In this document: positions 50,615 through 60,815 of the stretch, in pieces
Numbering within the stretch: the first letter of the stretch is position 1
Layout: the number at the start of each line of letters is the position of its first letter
Assembly: GCA_038087875.1 (NCBI GenBank)
Contig: CM075989.1
Span: 16,990,001 to 17,054,000 of the forward strand
Direction of reading: 5' to 3'
DNA from: Malacoraja senta
Taxonomy: Eukaryota
DNA length: 64,000 nt
Notes under the pieces: model-generated
What the model was told of the DNA's origin: nothing
Database searches by the model: none
What the model saw: only the letters and a program-made list of their open reading frames with translations
Translations under genes and position numbers: made by a program

Positions 50615-52873
50615 ATGGCGAAGGCTGGGGCGAGGCCGAAGAACCGGAGTTACGCAGTGGCGGCATCAGAGGCGGATGCGAGGACAGTGGAGCATGAGCC
50701 TTATGTGAACTTGGATTGGGGCAGGTTTGGTATCTCGGTCCAAACTGGGCCCCAGATGTCTAGGGGTGCAATTACCAAGGCCGTGAATGACCTTATTGGG
50801 GGGCGGCCTGTTGTCTCTTCCGAGCTTGTAAGAGGCAAGGTGGAGATGATTTTGAAGACCGAGGAGGGTGTGAAAATGGCGTTGGAGAGGGGGATATCAG
50901 TGGGGGGGATCCAATTACAGGTGGATCCGTGGTTATCGAGGGTGAGACCGGTTCTCCTGCGGAGTTGCCCCACATTTATTTCGGATGCTGCACTTATGCC
51001 ACACCTGTCTACGATTGGGGAGGTGAGGTCTAAGTGCTTTAGGCTCAGGCACCTTGGGGGGGACCCGGAGGAAAGAGGGATCTTCAGTTTTAAGAGGAGG
51101 GTGTTCATGAAGGTGGGTGAGGGCGAAGGCGCGGAGGGGAGCTTTGAGGTGGATTGTCAGGGTCTCCATAGAACCGTGTATTGGAGTTGGGGGAAGGCAC
51201 GGTGTCATGAGTGTGGAGCATATGGACATTTCCGTAACGAGTGTCTTTCTCGCAGGGGCGTTGCTAGAAGTTCTAGCGTAGTGGCCCAGGATGGCAATGC
51301 TGGCCCATCCGGGGTGGTACATCATGCCTCGGTGGCGCGGGCTGGCACTGCTGACCTGGCTAGGGCGGCTAGCTCCACCTCGGGGATCCGGGGCGGAAGT
51401 GATAGGCCATCTGGGTCTGAAAGTTCTGCCTTGGGGACCCGGGGCGGGGAAGGCCTCAGGCCCCTGCGTCCTGAGACTGTGGAGGTGGTGGTGGCTAATG
51501 GTGAGGGGGAGGGAGAGGGTGGAGAGGGGGAGGATGAAGACGGGGAGGGGAAGTGGGAGGTGAAGAAGGGGAGGAAGAAGAGGGGAAAGGGCCATCCGGA
51601 GAGTAAAAATATGTGTGTTAGTTCTAGTGAGGTCCAGAGTGTGCTTGATGTGGCCCAGCAAGGCGATGAGATCGCTCAGACGGGGGAAGGGTTGGTAAAG
51701 GGTGCGGGGGGTATAGTGGATGGGGGTAGGGAGGGGGTGGAAGACCCTTCCTTTATGGAGGTCACCGTACTGCCGCATGCTAGTGGGGTGAAAAGGAATA
51801 GGCCTGGCGAGGAAGAGGAAGGGCGTGAGGCGAAAATTAGGGCAGGTGAGGGGGTTGATTCCGCTGGAGATGTGTCCTCTGGGCGGGGGGCTGTCTCTTC
51901 ATTTCAGGGGCCCTCCGATGGAGTTATCTCATCGGGTGGTGAGGTGAGCTCCCCTGGGGGTGTGTCCTCTGGGTCGGAGGATGTCCCCTCGTTTCAGAGG
52001 CCTCTTGAGGGTGATGGAACGCCAGAGGATGGGGTATGTGCCCCTGGTAGGGGGGCCCCTGAGATGGAGGATGAGCAGAGTCAGCCTGAGGGGGGTGGTT
52101 CGGGGGCTGTGGTGTTCCAGTCTATGCTGCACATCAGTGCCAGTGGTGGTAATGGGGGGTGTGCTGCATCGCCGGATGAGGTGGAAGGGGAGAGGCTAAA
52201 AGTAAGAGGCGAGCCTCTGGGTATTGCTAGTGGTGGGGATGCTATAGGTGGTGTGGAGGTCGGGGATAGTTTGGGTGGTGATGTCCCTTTAGTTTCAAGG
52301 GGTGTCAGTGTATCCCAGGCCCTGGGGGAGCCTAGTGTTTTTGCTTCCCCAGGCCAAGGCGTGGAGGGTGAGGGTAGCGTGCAGGGGCCAAGCCAGTCAG
52401 GGGGATGCTTGTTGCAGTTGGGGGTTTCGGGGCCCTTACCTGGCATTGATCCTGGGGGTGGTGTCTTGCTGGAGGAGCGGGAGGGTGAACTGGAAAGTTT
52501 GGGTAGTGGGGGTGGAGAGCTTTTGGAGAGCTCTGGGCGTTCAGTTACAGAAAGAGACCTTGAACGTTGTGATGTGGAGTCTGATGGTGCAGGTGCAAGT
52601 GCGTTGGCCGAGTGCCCAGACTCCAAGGCCGAGGCTCTTGATTGTGAGATAAAGGTGGTTCGAGAGTTTCTCAGAACAAACCGCTCCGCAAGAACAAGAG
52701 TGGATGCTGCTAGTAGGCGGTGGAAGGATCTGCCAGGATTGATTCCGATTCTCGAGGATATTCTTGGCAGCAGGGAGAGTGCTCTTACTGACGTAGAGGT
52801 GGGGCAGTTTGGGGACTTTTTGGGGTTACTCAGAGAGAAATTTGTTGTGTCTACGGGGACTGAGGGGGTTTAA
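50615..52873 (+). CDS. Tx1 ORF1 (752 aa; CCHC knuckle, long Gly/Glu/Ser-rich region)
   Basis: ATG in good context (AGGATGG); CHECGAYGHFRNEC; basic patch KKGRKKRGK. Confidence 0.9.
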   Translation: MAKAGARPKNRSYAVAASEADARTVEHEPYVNLDWGRFGISVQTGPQMSRGAITKAVNDLIGGRPVVSSELVRGKVEMILKTEEGVKMALERGISVGGIQLQVDPWLSRVRPVLLRSCPTFISDAALMPHLSTIGEVRSKCFRLRHLGGDPEERGIFSFKRRVFMKVGEGEGAEGSFEVDCQGLHRTVYWSWGKARCHECGAYGHFRNECLSRRGVARSSSVVAQDGNAGPSGVVHHASVARAGTADLARAASSTSGIRGGSDRPSGSESSALGTRGGEGLRPLRPETVEVVVANGEGEGEGGEGEDEDGEGKWEVKKGRKKRGKGHPESKNMCVSSSEVQSVLDVAQQGDEIAQTGEGLVKGAGGIVDGGREGVEDPSFMEVTVLPHASGVKRNRPGEEEEGREAKIRAGEGVDSAGDVSSGRGAVSSFQGPSDGVISSGGEVSSPGGVSSGSEDVPSFQRPLEGDGTPEDGVCAPGRGAPEMEDEQSQPEGGGSGAVVFQSMLHISASGGNGGCAASPDEVEGERLKVRGEPLGIASGGDAIGGVEVGDSLGGDVPLVSRGVSVSQALGEPSVFASPGQGVEGEGSVQGPSQSGGCLLQLGVSGPLPGIDPGGGVLLEEREGELESLGSGGGELLESSGRSVTERDLERCDVESDGAGASALAECPDSKAEALDCEIKVVREFLRTNRSARTRVDAASRRWKDLPGLIPILEDILGSRESALTDVEVGQFGDFLGLLREKFVVSTGTEGV

Positions 52874-55800
52874 TAAAGTGGGCCTTTACATTCACCGTCG
52901 CAACATTAAACTTAAACGGGAGTAGATCGAGTTTTCGTAGATTTCAGCTTTTATCAGGCCTTAAAGAGGGGAGATTTGCAGTGTGTTTTCTGCAGGAGAC
53001 GCACACAGTTGTTAGTGATGAACCTACCTGGAGACTGGAGTGGGAAGGGGGGGTTTACATGAGCCATCTCAGCTCAAATTCGAGTGGGGTGGCCTTTCTG
53101 TTGGCCCAGAATTTCCTGCCAACGATTTTAAAAGTGAATGAAGTTGTGCCTGGACGTTTGCTCCATCTGGCAGTGAGCTTGGATGGCATGCCGTTGCATT
53201 TCATTAACGTGTATGCCCCTAGCTCCAGCACGATGCAGGCTGGCCTAATTCAGGAGGTGACTGCTCTGTTGAGCACTATTGATAGGGGAGAGTGTGTTTT
53301 CCTTGGTGGGGACTTTAATTGCACACTTGAGGCGGGAGATCGTTCTGGTACTCAGTGTGCCCCTGCTGTAGCGAAGAAGTTGAGGGGGATGATTGAATCC
53401 TTTGAGTTGGTTGATGCATGGCGGAACCTCCATCCGGATTCCAATGCTTTTTCGCGGAGGTATGAGGGTGGTGGTTCCCGTATTGACAGAATATATATTT
53501 CCCGAGCGTTTGTTGGCCGTGTCGCAGAGGCTTCAATGCGGGTGGTGCCATGCTCGGATCACTGTCTGGTGCGTGTGGACTTTAATCCGGCGCGCGCTAG
53601 GGCTGGGTCCGCGTACTGGCACTTTAACAACCGGTTGCTGGAGGATCGGTGTTTCCGGGAGTCATTCAGTCGGTTTTGGGGGAAGTGGAGAGAGGGGCGG
53701 AGGTGCTTCTCTTCCCTTAGGCAGTGGTGGGATGTGGGGAAGGCTCACATTCGTCTATTTTGTAAGGAGTATACGTGGGGGTCGACAGGACGGAGGGACT
53801 CAGCGGTCGCGAGGCTTGAGAGGGAGCTACAGGGTGCAGAGTCTCGCCTGGGTCGGGATGGTGAGGACTCCTGTGAATGGGGAGAGTTTCAGGAGAAGAA
53901 GGAAGCCTTGAGGAATCTGCTGCTTGAGCGGTCCCGAGGCGCTTTCGTGAGGGCGCGGGTACAGATGATGCAAGATCTGGACCGAGCGTCGCCTTTCTTT
54001 TTCTCTTTGGAGAAAGGGAGGGGAGCCTGCAAGCAGCTCGTAGAGCTGCTCGCAGATGATGGATCCTCAGTCACTGATCCGGAGAGGATCAGTGAGGAGG
54101 TCAGGTCATTTTATGGGTCCCTGTTCTCCGCAGGGGGGTATAACGGGGAGGCTCAGAAGGAATTGTGGGAGGGTCTACCGACTATTGATAGGGAGGTGGC
54201 CGATCTTCTTGATGGCCCCTTATCTTTGGAGGAGTTGACTTGTGCATTGTTTCAGCTCAGGAAGGGTAAGTCACCCGGGATGGATGGGTTGACGGTGGAG
54301 TTTGTCAGAGCTTTCTGGGAGATCCTGGGGGGTGATTACATGTTGGTGCTGGGGGAGAGTCTGGCGGCCGGGGCGATGCCCCTCTCGTGGCGTAGGGCAG
54401 TTGTTGTCTTGCTGCCTAAGAAGGGTGAACTCCGCTTGTTGAAGAACTGGAGGCCGGTATCTCTCCTATGTACAGAATATAAAGTATTTGCACGGGCAAT
54501 GGCAAATCGCCTGGGCCCTGTGCTGTCTCAAATGATTCATCCTGACCAGTCCTATACAGTCCCTGGCAGGTCCATTCAGGATAACATCCACCTGGTTAGG
54601 GACCTGATTCATCTAGTTCAGGGTACTGGTCAGTCAGCTGCTTTTCTGTCTCTTGATCAAGAGAAGGCTTTTGATAGGGTAGAGCATGATTACCTATTCG
54701 GGACGTTGCAAGCGTTTGGATTTGGACCGCATTTTGTGGCCCGGGTCCGGCTTCTGTACGCTGCAGCGGAGTGCCTGGTGAAGGTTAATGGTGCGTTGTT
54801 GGCTCCCTTTCAGTTTGGGAGGGGGGTCCGTCAGGGGTGCCCCATGTCGGGTCAGTTGTACTCGGTCTGTGTGGAGCCGTTCCTGTGTCTTCTTCGGAGG
54901 AGGTTGACAGGTCTGGCCCTACCTGGGCCGGGGTTGGAGGTGGTTCTCTCAGCGTATGCAGATGATGTACTTCTTATGTTCACTGATCCTGGTGACCTGC
55001 GGAGGATGCGTGACTGCCAGGAGATTTTCTCAGCTGCATCTTCTGCAAGGATTAACTGGAGTAAGTGTTCTGGTCTTTTAGTGGGTCAGTGGCAGGTGGA
55101 TTCCCTGCCGGAGGAGATGGCAAGGTATGTGTGGAGCACAACCCATCTCCTCTATCTGGGGGTTTACCTGAGTCCCACTGAGGATGCTTGGCCGGCGAAT
55201 TGGCTGGAGTTGGAGACGAAGGTGGTTGCCCGGCTGGGTCGCTGGTCGGGCTTGCTTGGAGTTCTTTCTTTTCGGGGGAGGGTGCTGGTCATAAATCAGC
55301 TGGTGGCCTCCATGTTATGGTACCGGCTGGCTACTCTTGTCCCACCTTCCATATTTGTAAATGCTCTTCAGAAGAAGCTGGTAGATTTCTTCTGGGGAAA
55401 TAGGAAGCACTGGGTCTCTGCAGCGGTCCTGAGTCTCCCGTTAGAGGAGGGCGGTCAGTCCTTGGTATGCGTGCGTACCCAGGTGGCGGCTCTCCGTCTC
55501 AGGACTCTGCGGAGGTATATGTATGAAGAGAATCCCCCCAGATGGCACGCTCTGGCCACGTATTTTTTTCGTCGTGGTCGTTGCCTAGGGGGGGTCTCGC
55601 GGCTCCCGGTGGCGGGCATCAGTAGACCCGCCCTAAGGGGTTTGCCTGTTTTCTATCGGGATGTGATCAGAGTGAGGAATTTGGTTGTTTTCAGCCAGCG
55701 TGTTGTTCCACGAGGGGAGGGGGATGGTGCGGATGCGGGAGTGGCCGGTCCTCGCCCAGTCATGGCGGGTGTCGAGGAGAGGCGAGCGCCTAGAGTGGTT

Positions 55801-56586
55801 CTGGCTGAGCTTTCAATTGCTCCGTCAGATCTGCTCATCGGGCCAAGGCTCCGGGATATTTCTCGGGAACCGGCTCCACACAACCTGAGCCGCCTTTCTG
55901 AGATGATCAGCATACCGTTTCGTGATGCGAAGAGACGCACATTGTATAGGATGTTCCTGCACATTCTGCACCTCCTTGCCTTTGTTTCCCGTCCTGACAC
56001 ACCTTGGCGGACGGTGTTACCACCTGATGGTGGGGGGGGTCCCTGGTGGGGGTCCTTCTATGAGGGAGTTGTTCCCCTTTACATTGGGGACCTGGGGTGG
56101 AGACTGTTGCATGGAGCGGTGGTTTGCAATAAACTTTTGAGTCGGTTCACGGGTTCGTCTGCCGCGTGTATTTTCTGTGGCAAGGAAGAAACCGTGTTCC
56201 ACGTATACATGGAGTGTGAGAGGTTACTGCCCCTGTATCAATATCTGAAGGGGTTGTTCCTTAAGTTCTGGTTGCATTTTAGTCCCACGATTCTAGTGTG
56301 TGGGCATAAGGTAGGGTGTGGGGAGAGCCAAGTGGGGGGTTGGGACCTCCCTGTCGGTTTGCTCCTGGGCCTGGTTAAGATGGCCATTCGTGGGTCCAGG
56401 CAGCGGGCGGTCGATGGTGAGGCGAGAGTTGGCTGCCTGCCCCTCTTCCGGGCGTACGTCCGTGCACGGGTGTCCCTGGAGCGGGAATATGCGGTGTCCA
56501 CGGGGACTCTGGAGGCCTTCCGTGGGCGATGGTCACCACGTGGGGTGGAGAGTATAATAAATCATGAATGTAATGTTGTACTATAA
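52873..56586 (+). CDS. Tx1 ORF2: APE endonuclease + reverse transcriptase + Cys domain (start uncertain, non-AUG)
   Basis: Frame open from 52864: TVATLNLNG, FLQETH, GGDFN, SRIDRIY, SDH; KSPGMDG, WRPVSLL, DQEKAFDRV, GVRQGCPMS, YADD, YLGV; CIFC...HVYMEC. Confidence 0.95.
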   Translation: MKWAFTFTVATLNLNGSRSSFRRFQLLSGLKEGRFAVCFLQETHTVVSDEPTWRLEWEGGVYMSHLSSNSSGVAFLLAQNFLPTILKVNEVVPGRLLHLAVSLDGMPLHFINVYAPSSSTMQAGLIQEVTALLSTIDRGECVFLGGDFNCTLEAGDRSGTQCAPAVAKKLRGMIESFELVDAWRNLHPDSNAFSRRYEGGGSRIDRIYISRAFVGRVAEASMRVVPCSDHCLVRVDFNPARARAGSAYWHFNNRLLEDRCFRESFSRFWGKWREGRRCFSSLRQWWDVGKAHIRLFCKEYTWGSTGRRDSAVARLERELQGAESRLGRDGEDSCEWGEFQEKKEALRNLLLERSRGAFVRARVQMMQDLDRASPFFFSLEKGRGACKQLVELLADDGSSVTDPERISEEVRSFYGSLFSAGGYNGEAQKELWEGLPTIDREVADLLDGPLSLEELTCALFQLRKGKSPGMDGLTVEFVRAFWEILGGDYMLVLGESLAAGAMPLSWRRAVVVLLPKKGELRLLKNWRPVSLLCTEYKVFARAMANRLGPVLSQMIHPDQSYTVPGRSIQDNIHLVRDLIHLVQGTGQSAAFLSLDQEKAFDRVEHDYLFGTLQAFGFGPHFVARVRLLYAAAECLVKVNGALLAPFQFGRGVRQGCPMSGQLYSVCVEPFLCLLRRRLTGLALPGPGLEVVLSAYADDVLLMFTDPGDLRRMRDCQEIFSAASSARINWSKCSGLLVGQWQVDSLPEEMARYVWSTTHLLYLGVYLSPTEDAWPANWLELETKVVARLGRWSGLLGVLSFRGRVLVINQLVASMLWYRLATLVPPSIFVNALQKKLVDFFWGNRKHWVSAAVLSLPLEEGGQSLVCVRTQVAALRLRTLRRYMYEENPPRWHALATYFFRRGRCLGGVSRLPVAGISRPALRGLPVFYRDVIRVRNLVVFSQRVVPRGEGDGADAGVAGPRPVMAGVEERRAPRVVLAELSIAPSDLLIGPRLRDISREPAPHNLSRLSEMISIPFRDAKRRTLYRMFLHILHLLAFVSRPDTPWRTVLPPDGGGGPWWGSFYEGVVPLYIGDLGWRLLHGAVVCNKLLSRFTGSSAACIFCGKEETVFHVYMECERLLPLYQYLKGLFLKFWLHFSPTILVCGHKVGCGESQVGGWDLPVGLLLGLVKMAIRGSRQRAVDGEARVGCLPLFRAYVRARVSLEREYAVSTGTLEAFRGRWSPRGVESIINHECNVVL

Positions 56587-56663
56587 TGATGTGGTTTGAT
56601 ATAATGTATCTTAGATTATGTATTGATGTGATGTATCATTGAGTGTGTTGAATAAAGTTTTTG

Positions 56664-56710
<47 letters not shown>

Positions 56711-58432
56711 AGAGAGAGAGAGAGAGATATGATACGACAAACAACAGATGGAAGGAAGAAATAAATGAATGAGAGAAGAGGGAGATTGGTGCAGTAATCT
56801 GGCAGCAGGTTCATTGATTGATTGTGATTGATCCACAACATCTTTCAGCAAAACACTCTTTTATGTTCTTACGTTATGCAGAAAAATGATGAATCCCTTC
56901 TCAAACTGCTTTGCTGAGATTGTAAATTGGTGGCTACCATAATGACTTTACCTTGTGGATTGTCAAGTCTGTGACAGCCACTTCAAGTGTTGCAAATCTT
57001 TACCTCTGTGAAGCAATATATCCTCGGTCACAAGTTTCGTCTGCAAGGACATTCTCCGAAAGAATTAATGAACGGACTGAACTTACTCAGGAACAATTCC
57101 CTATCACTATTCCGCACTCATCCAAGGCTGTAGATATTTTGTTCTCAGTGCTCTGCATAATTTACAGGCCGACTCGTGCCTCTGGCTAGCCTGTAGTCTT
57201 GGTGTCAGCGCATTCCTGCATTCCATGCGTACACACTGCAACGTGCATGTCAGGAAGATGCTGCAAGGCCGATGCCAGAGCATCTGTGCTCCTCTGCACT
57301 CCTGGACTCGTAACAGCCCATCTGTCAACCCAGCCCTGGCCCGCTCCCACTACTGTGAAGGCTGTTACTGTTATCGATGCAACGTGTAAGTGATTCGTTT
57401 TTCCTCTGTGTTTTATATTCAGGACTTCAATTAACTTACACAAGATAAATATGCTTTGAATCATTTTTATTATTATTTTATTGAAAAATTGTGTGTAATC
57501 ATTTTAATCTACTTCAATGGTTTTAATTGTATCTAATTATCAGGGGAAATTAGGGACAGTACAACATGCCTTTGAGAGCACAGATGATTAAATCGGAATC
57601 GGGATAGTCTAGGTCAGGGCCTTCAGCTCCTTTCCCTGGGCCCGAGCCTGGGCCTGAGGGTCAGGGGTCAGTTGAGGCTAGGTGTCAAGGGTCAGGCTGA
57701 GGCGCACCTGGTGAACCATTCCCCTTTGCAGGGTGGCCACGGTAACAGAGTCTTGAACTTGTTTGGATCTGCAGGGCCAGCAGAGGTTGGTACAGCTCTG
57801 GGAATAGCTCAAGGGGTGAGCGTGAGGTCTGAGCTCGGCACAAGGAAGATCCACCTCATTAAATTACAGCTGTGGGAAAAATCTTTCCTCATCTAGGTTT
57901 TGGACAATATCGGAAGAGACACAATGCAGATTAACTTTATTAAAGAGATTTGTTAAAGAATCTTCAGCATTACTAATAAAAGCCCTCAAATTTAACCAGC
58001 AGTGTGTGATTGCTTTTAATACCTGTGAGCCCAATGGCTGAGACCTTACACCACACAAGGAGGCGAGTTTCAGGTCAACACTGGCATGTGGCATACACAG
58101 TGCACTGGCACACACTGCAGGTTAAATGGATCAGACTCTCCTCAAGGAGGCAGCTGGTATTTGGCCTGTTGCCAACGCAACTGGAAACCCGAGGCCTGAA
58201 ATTGAATTGCAAATGGCGGTTGTTTGTAACATGCCACCTGAGGTCACTGTGTTGGGTGAACAACAGCTAAACAAATGGTCTGTAAGGGCCTGCTGGAGGC
58301 TACTGGTTCAAACATAAATACAAGTGTGCTTTGACCCGCACAACATCCAAACTCACACCGTGCACCACACAGTTTGCTCTGTGACTGGTCTTCAATCTGG
58401 ATCTTCTGTTTCACCAATCTGCTGTCCGTGAG

Positions 58433-58745
58433 GTGCAGTGGTGTTCCAGTGTGCTCTCCTCTCTGAGGCTGCACTGGCTTTTAGTGTGCTGTCCTCTTTG
58501 GAGATGCACTGGCGTTTCGAGGGTGCTGATTTTCACTGGGGCTGCACTGGTGTTCCAGTTCCAGAGGGCACAGGTGTTTCCTGTGTCCTGTCCTCAGGAG
58601 GTATGCTGGAGTTTCCAATGTCCTGCTCCTCTCTGGGACTGCACTGGCTTTCAGTGTGCTGATGCTCACTGGGGCTGCACTGCTGTTTCCAGTGTCCTGG
58701 ACCTCCCTGGAGGGCACTGGTATTCTAGCGTGATGTCCACTCTGA
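58433..58745. repeat. Degenerate ~35-bp minisatellite
   Basis: About 9 repeats of gctgcactggtgttccagtgtgctg..ctc.ctgg. Confidence 0.75.
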
Positions 58746-60323
58746 TGCTTCATCAGCATCACCTCTGTGAAGTCAATTAGCCGCTGCTCAGTTTCTGCTC
58801 AACAGTTGAAGCCGTTTGGTTTGTACCCACATTTAGCCACCGAGGCAATCCCAATGTTTTTTAGAGGGGATTATTTAGATCAAATTGTTGTATTTCACAG
58901 ACCAAACCCCCATCGTTCTGCTCAGCCCCCACCAACGACTTTGAAATGCTCTCCTCTTGAGCCCTGAGAGTCCAATTTCTCTGCAGCTGAACACCAGCTG
59001 AATTTGAAGCAGTATAATGTACCTGGAAAGCTGCAGCAAGGAGGCATCTCATTGTTCCACTTCATATCCGGTGCATCTGACAAATACACACTCCTGAATG
59101 TTGATAGCATCACAGCTTGAATGCTCAGCTAATGAACACAAGTTTCCCTGGCAGCAAAACATTTCTAATCTATGTTAAAAACCTAACAGCCAGTAAATAC
59201 CTTTGGAATGATTAGAACGTGTAAAGTGTAAAATGTATTTATTCACAGAAGAAACTGCAAATGAGGATATTTGAAGGGCTGTTTGTTTGGAGCTATTTCT
59301 CATGGTAGGAACTATTACACCAACACAGTTAAATGCCTTGGTTGATATTCTGCCTCTGTGATTCTGAATGCCTTGGTGATTCTGAATTCAATATCCCACA
59401 GTCTAATTCCAACCTCCCTTATCTCCCTTTCATCCATTCCATTCCAGTATACTCTCACAATCCCGATCACCATGTACCTTTCAATATCCCACTCAGTCTA
59501 ATCCAACTACTATCTTACTCAGTTTTATCCCACTCACCATTGACATGTCTTTGTGGTGGCACTATTTAATATACTGATCATTTAATCTTCCTTCACAATC
59601 CCCTTTAATATCCCGCTCATTCTATTTCTAATCTCTGCTCACTCGAATATTTTACTAATCAAATCCCACTTTCCAATTAAAGGACACAAAGTGCTGGAGT
59701 AACTCAAGGGGTCAGGCAGCATCTCTGGAGAGTATGTATAGGTGACGTTTCAGATCGGGGCCCTTCAGAAGAAGAAGAGTCTGAGACCAAAGATGCTGCC
59801 TGACCAACTGTTACTCCTTTTGTGTAAACCAGCATCTGCAGTTCCCTGTTCCCACTCCCCCGTTAATCCCTGTATCCTTCAATTATCCCCAATAATCTCT
59901 TCACTTCCCATTCTTTAATCTCCCACCTCATCCAATCTAACAGTCTTTTTACTAACACTTTGTAAAATCCCTCCCAATCTCACACACCCCTCCCCTTAAT
60001 CCTAGATCCTTGAAAATTACATTGCATCTAATCCCACACTTCCCTCAACGCCTGCACCTTTGATGACCAATCCAGTGTAGTTCTGCACTCTCTCAACCCA
60101 TGCACCGTTCCACATCCCACCTACTCTAATCCTACCCTCCCTTCACACCCATTAAAATCAATCTTGATATCATCCTTGTCTGTGCACTCTGCTGATATTC
60201 TATCAAGTGGCTCGATTGTAATCATCAAACTTTTCACTGTACCTCAGTACACATGACAATAAACTAAATTAAACTAACAAGTATAATCGCACACACCGTC
60301 ATTCCAAACACCCTCTAATGCAC

Positions 60324-60815
60324 CTCATCTTTCCACCAGAGATCATCACAACTAATCTCATGCCAGACCTGATCTTGTGGTCAACCTCACAGAAGTACCT
60401 GTACATCGTGGAGTTAACAGTGCCTTGGGAGGCTGCAGTTGGTGTACTCAGGTGCTCCCTGTAGAGGTTGGTTGTAGAGGGTTTGTAGCCATGTCAACAA
60501 CCAGACTCCTGAAGTGAATGGGAGTTCGAGGACAAGCCGTCAGGTCGCTGTCAGAGGCTGCCGAGCGAAGCAGCAACTGGCTGTGGATGAAGAGGAAGGA
60601 CTCCAACTGGGCTGCAAAATGACCAGCAAGAGGGGTAAAACGGAAGGGAGCGCACCTGGGACGCCAGGTGTTGCTGTTGAGCCCTCTGGAGGTGATGTGG
60701 GCCTATCAACAAAACACCAAGGAAGGAGGGTGCCCACCTGATGACCCCAATTAAGTTTTTACCCCTACCCCCACTCAAGATAGTAAGAAGGTGCCGATTA
60801 TAGTAGGGATTGTAA
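60324..60815 (+). mobile_element. Hero-type (restriction-like endonuclease) non-LTR retrotransposon 3' end
   Basis: FPPEIITTNLMPDLILWS...IVELTVPWE...PVEVGCRGF...AAERSSNWLWMKRKD; internal deletion and one stop. Confidence 0.8.

Larger units (their letters stand above)
50143..56707 (+). mobile_element. Full-length Tx1-clade non-LTR retrotransposon
   Basis: ~470-bp 5'UTR, ORF1 with CCHC, ORF2 APE-RT-Cys domain, AATAAA 56651-56656, A38 tail 56670-56707, (GA)n on both sides. Confidence 0.95.

Noticed and set aside
50933..52626. Long antisense ORFs within Tx1 ORF1
   Set aside because: Expected from stop-poor C-rich antisense sequence
52864..52873. GGGTTTA as a -1 frameshift site between the Tx1 ORFs
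   Set aside because: The heptamer is not in the X XXY YYZ phase of ORF1
58433..58745. CRISPR-like array
   Set aside because: Degenerate tandem units without unique spacers, no cas genes, vertebrate context
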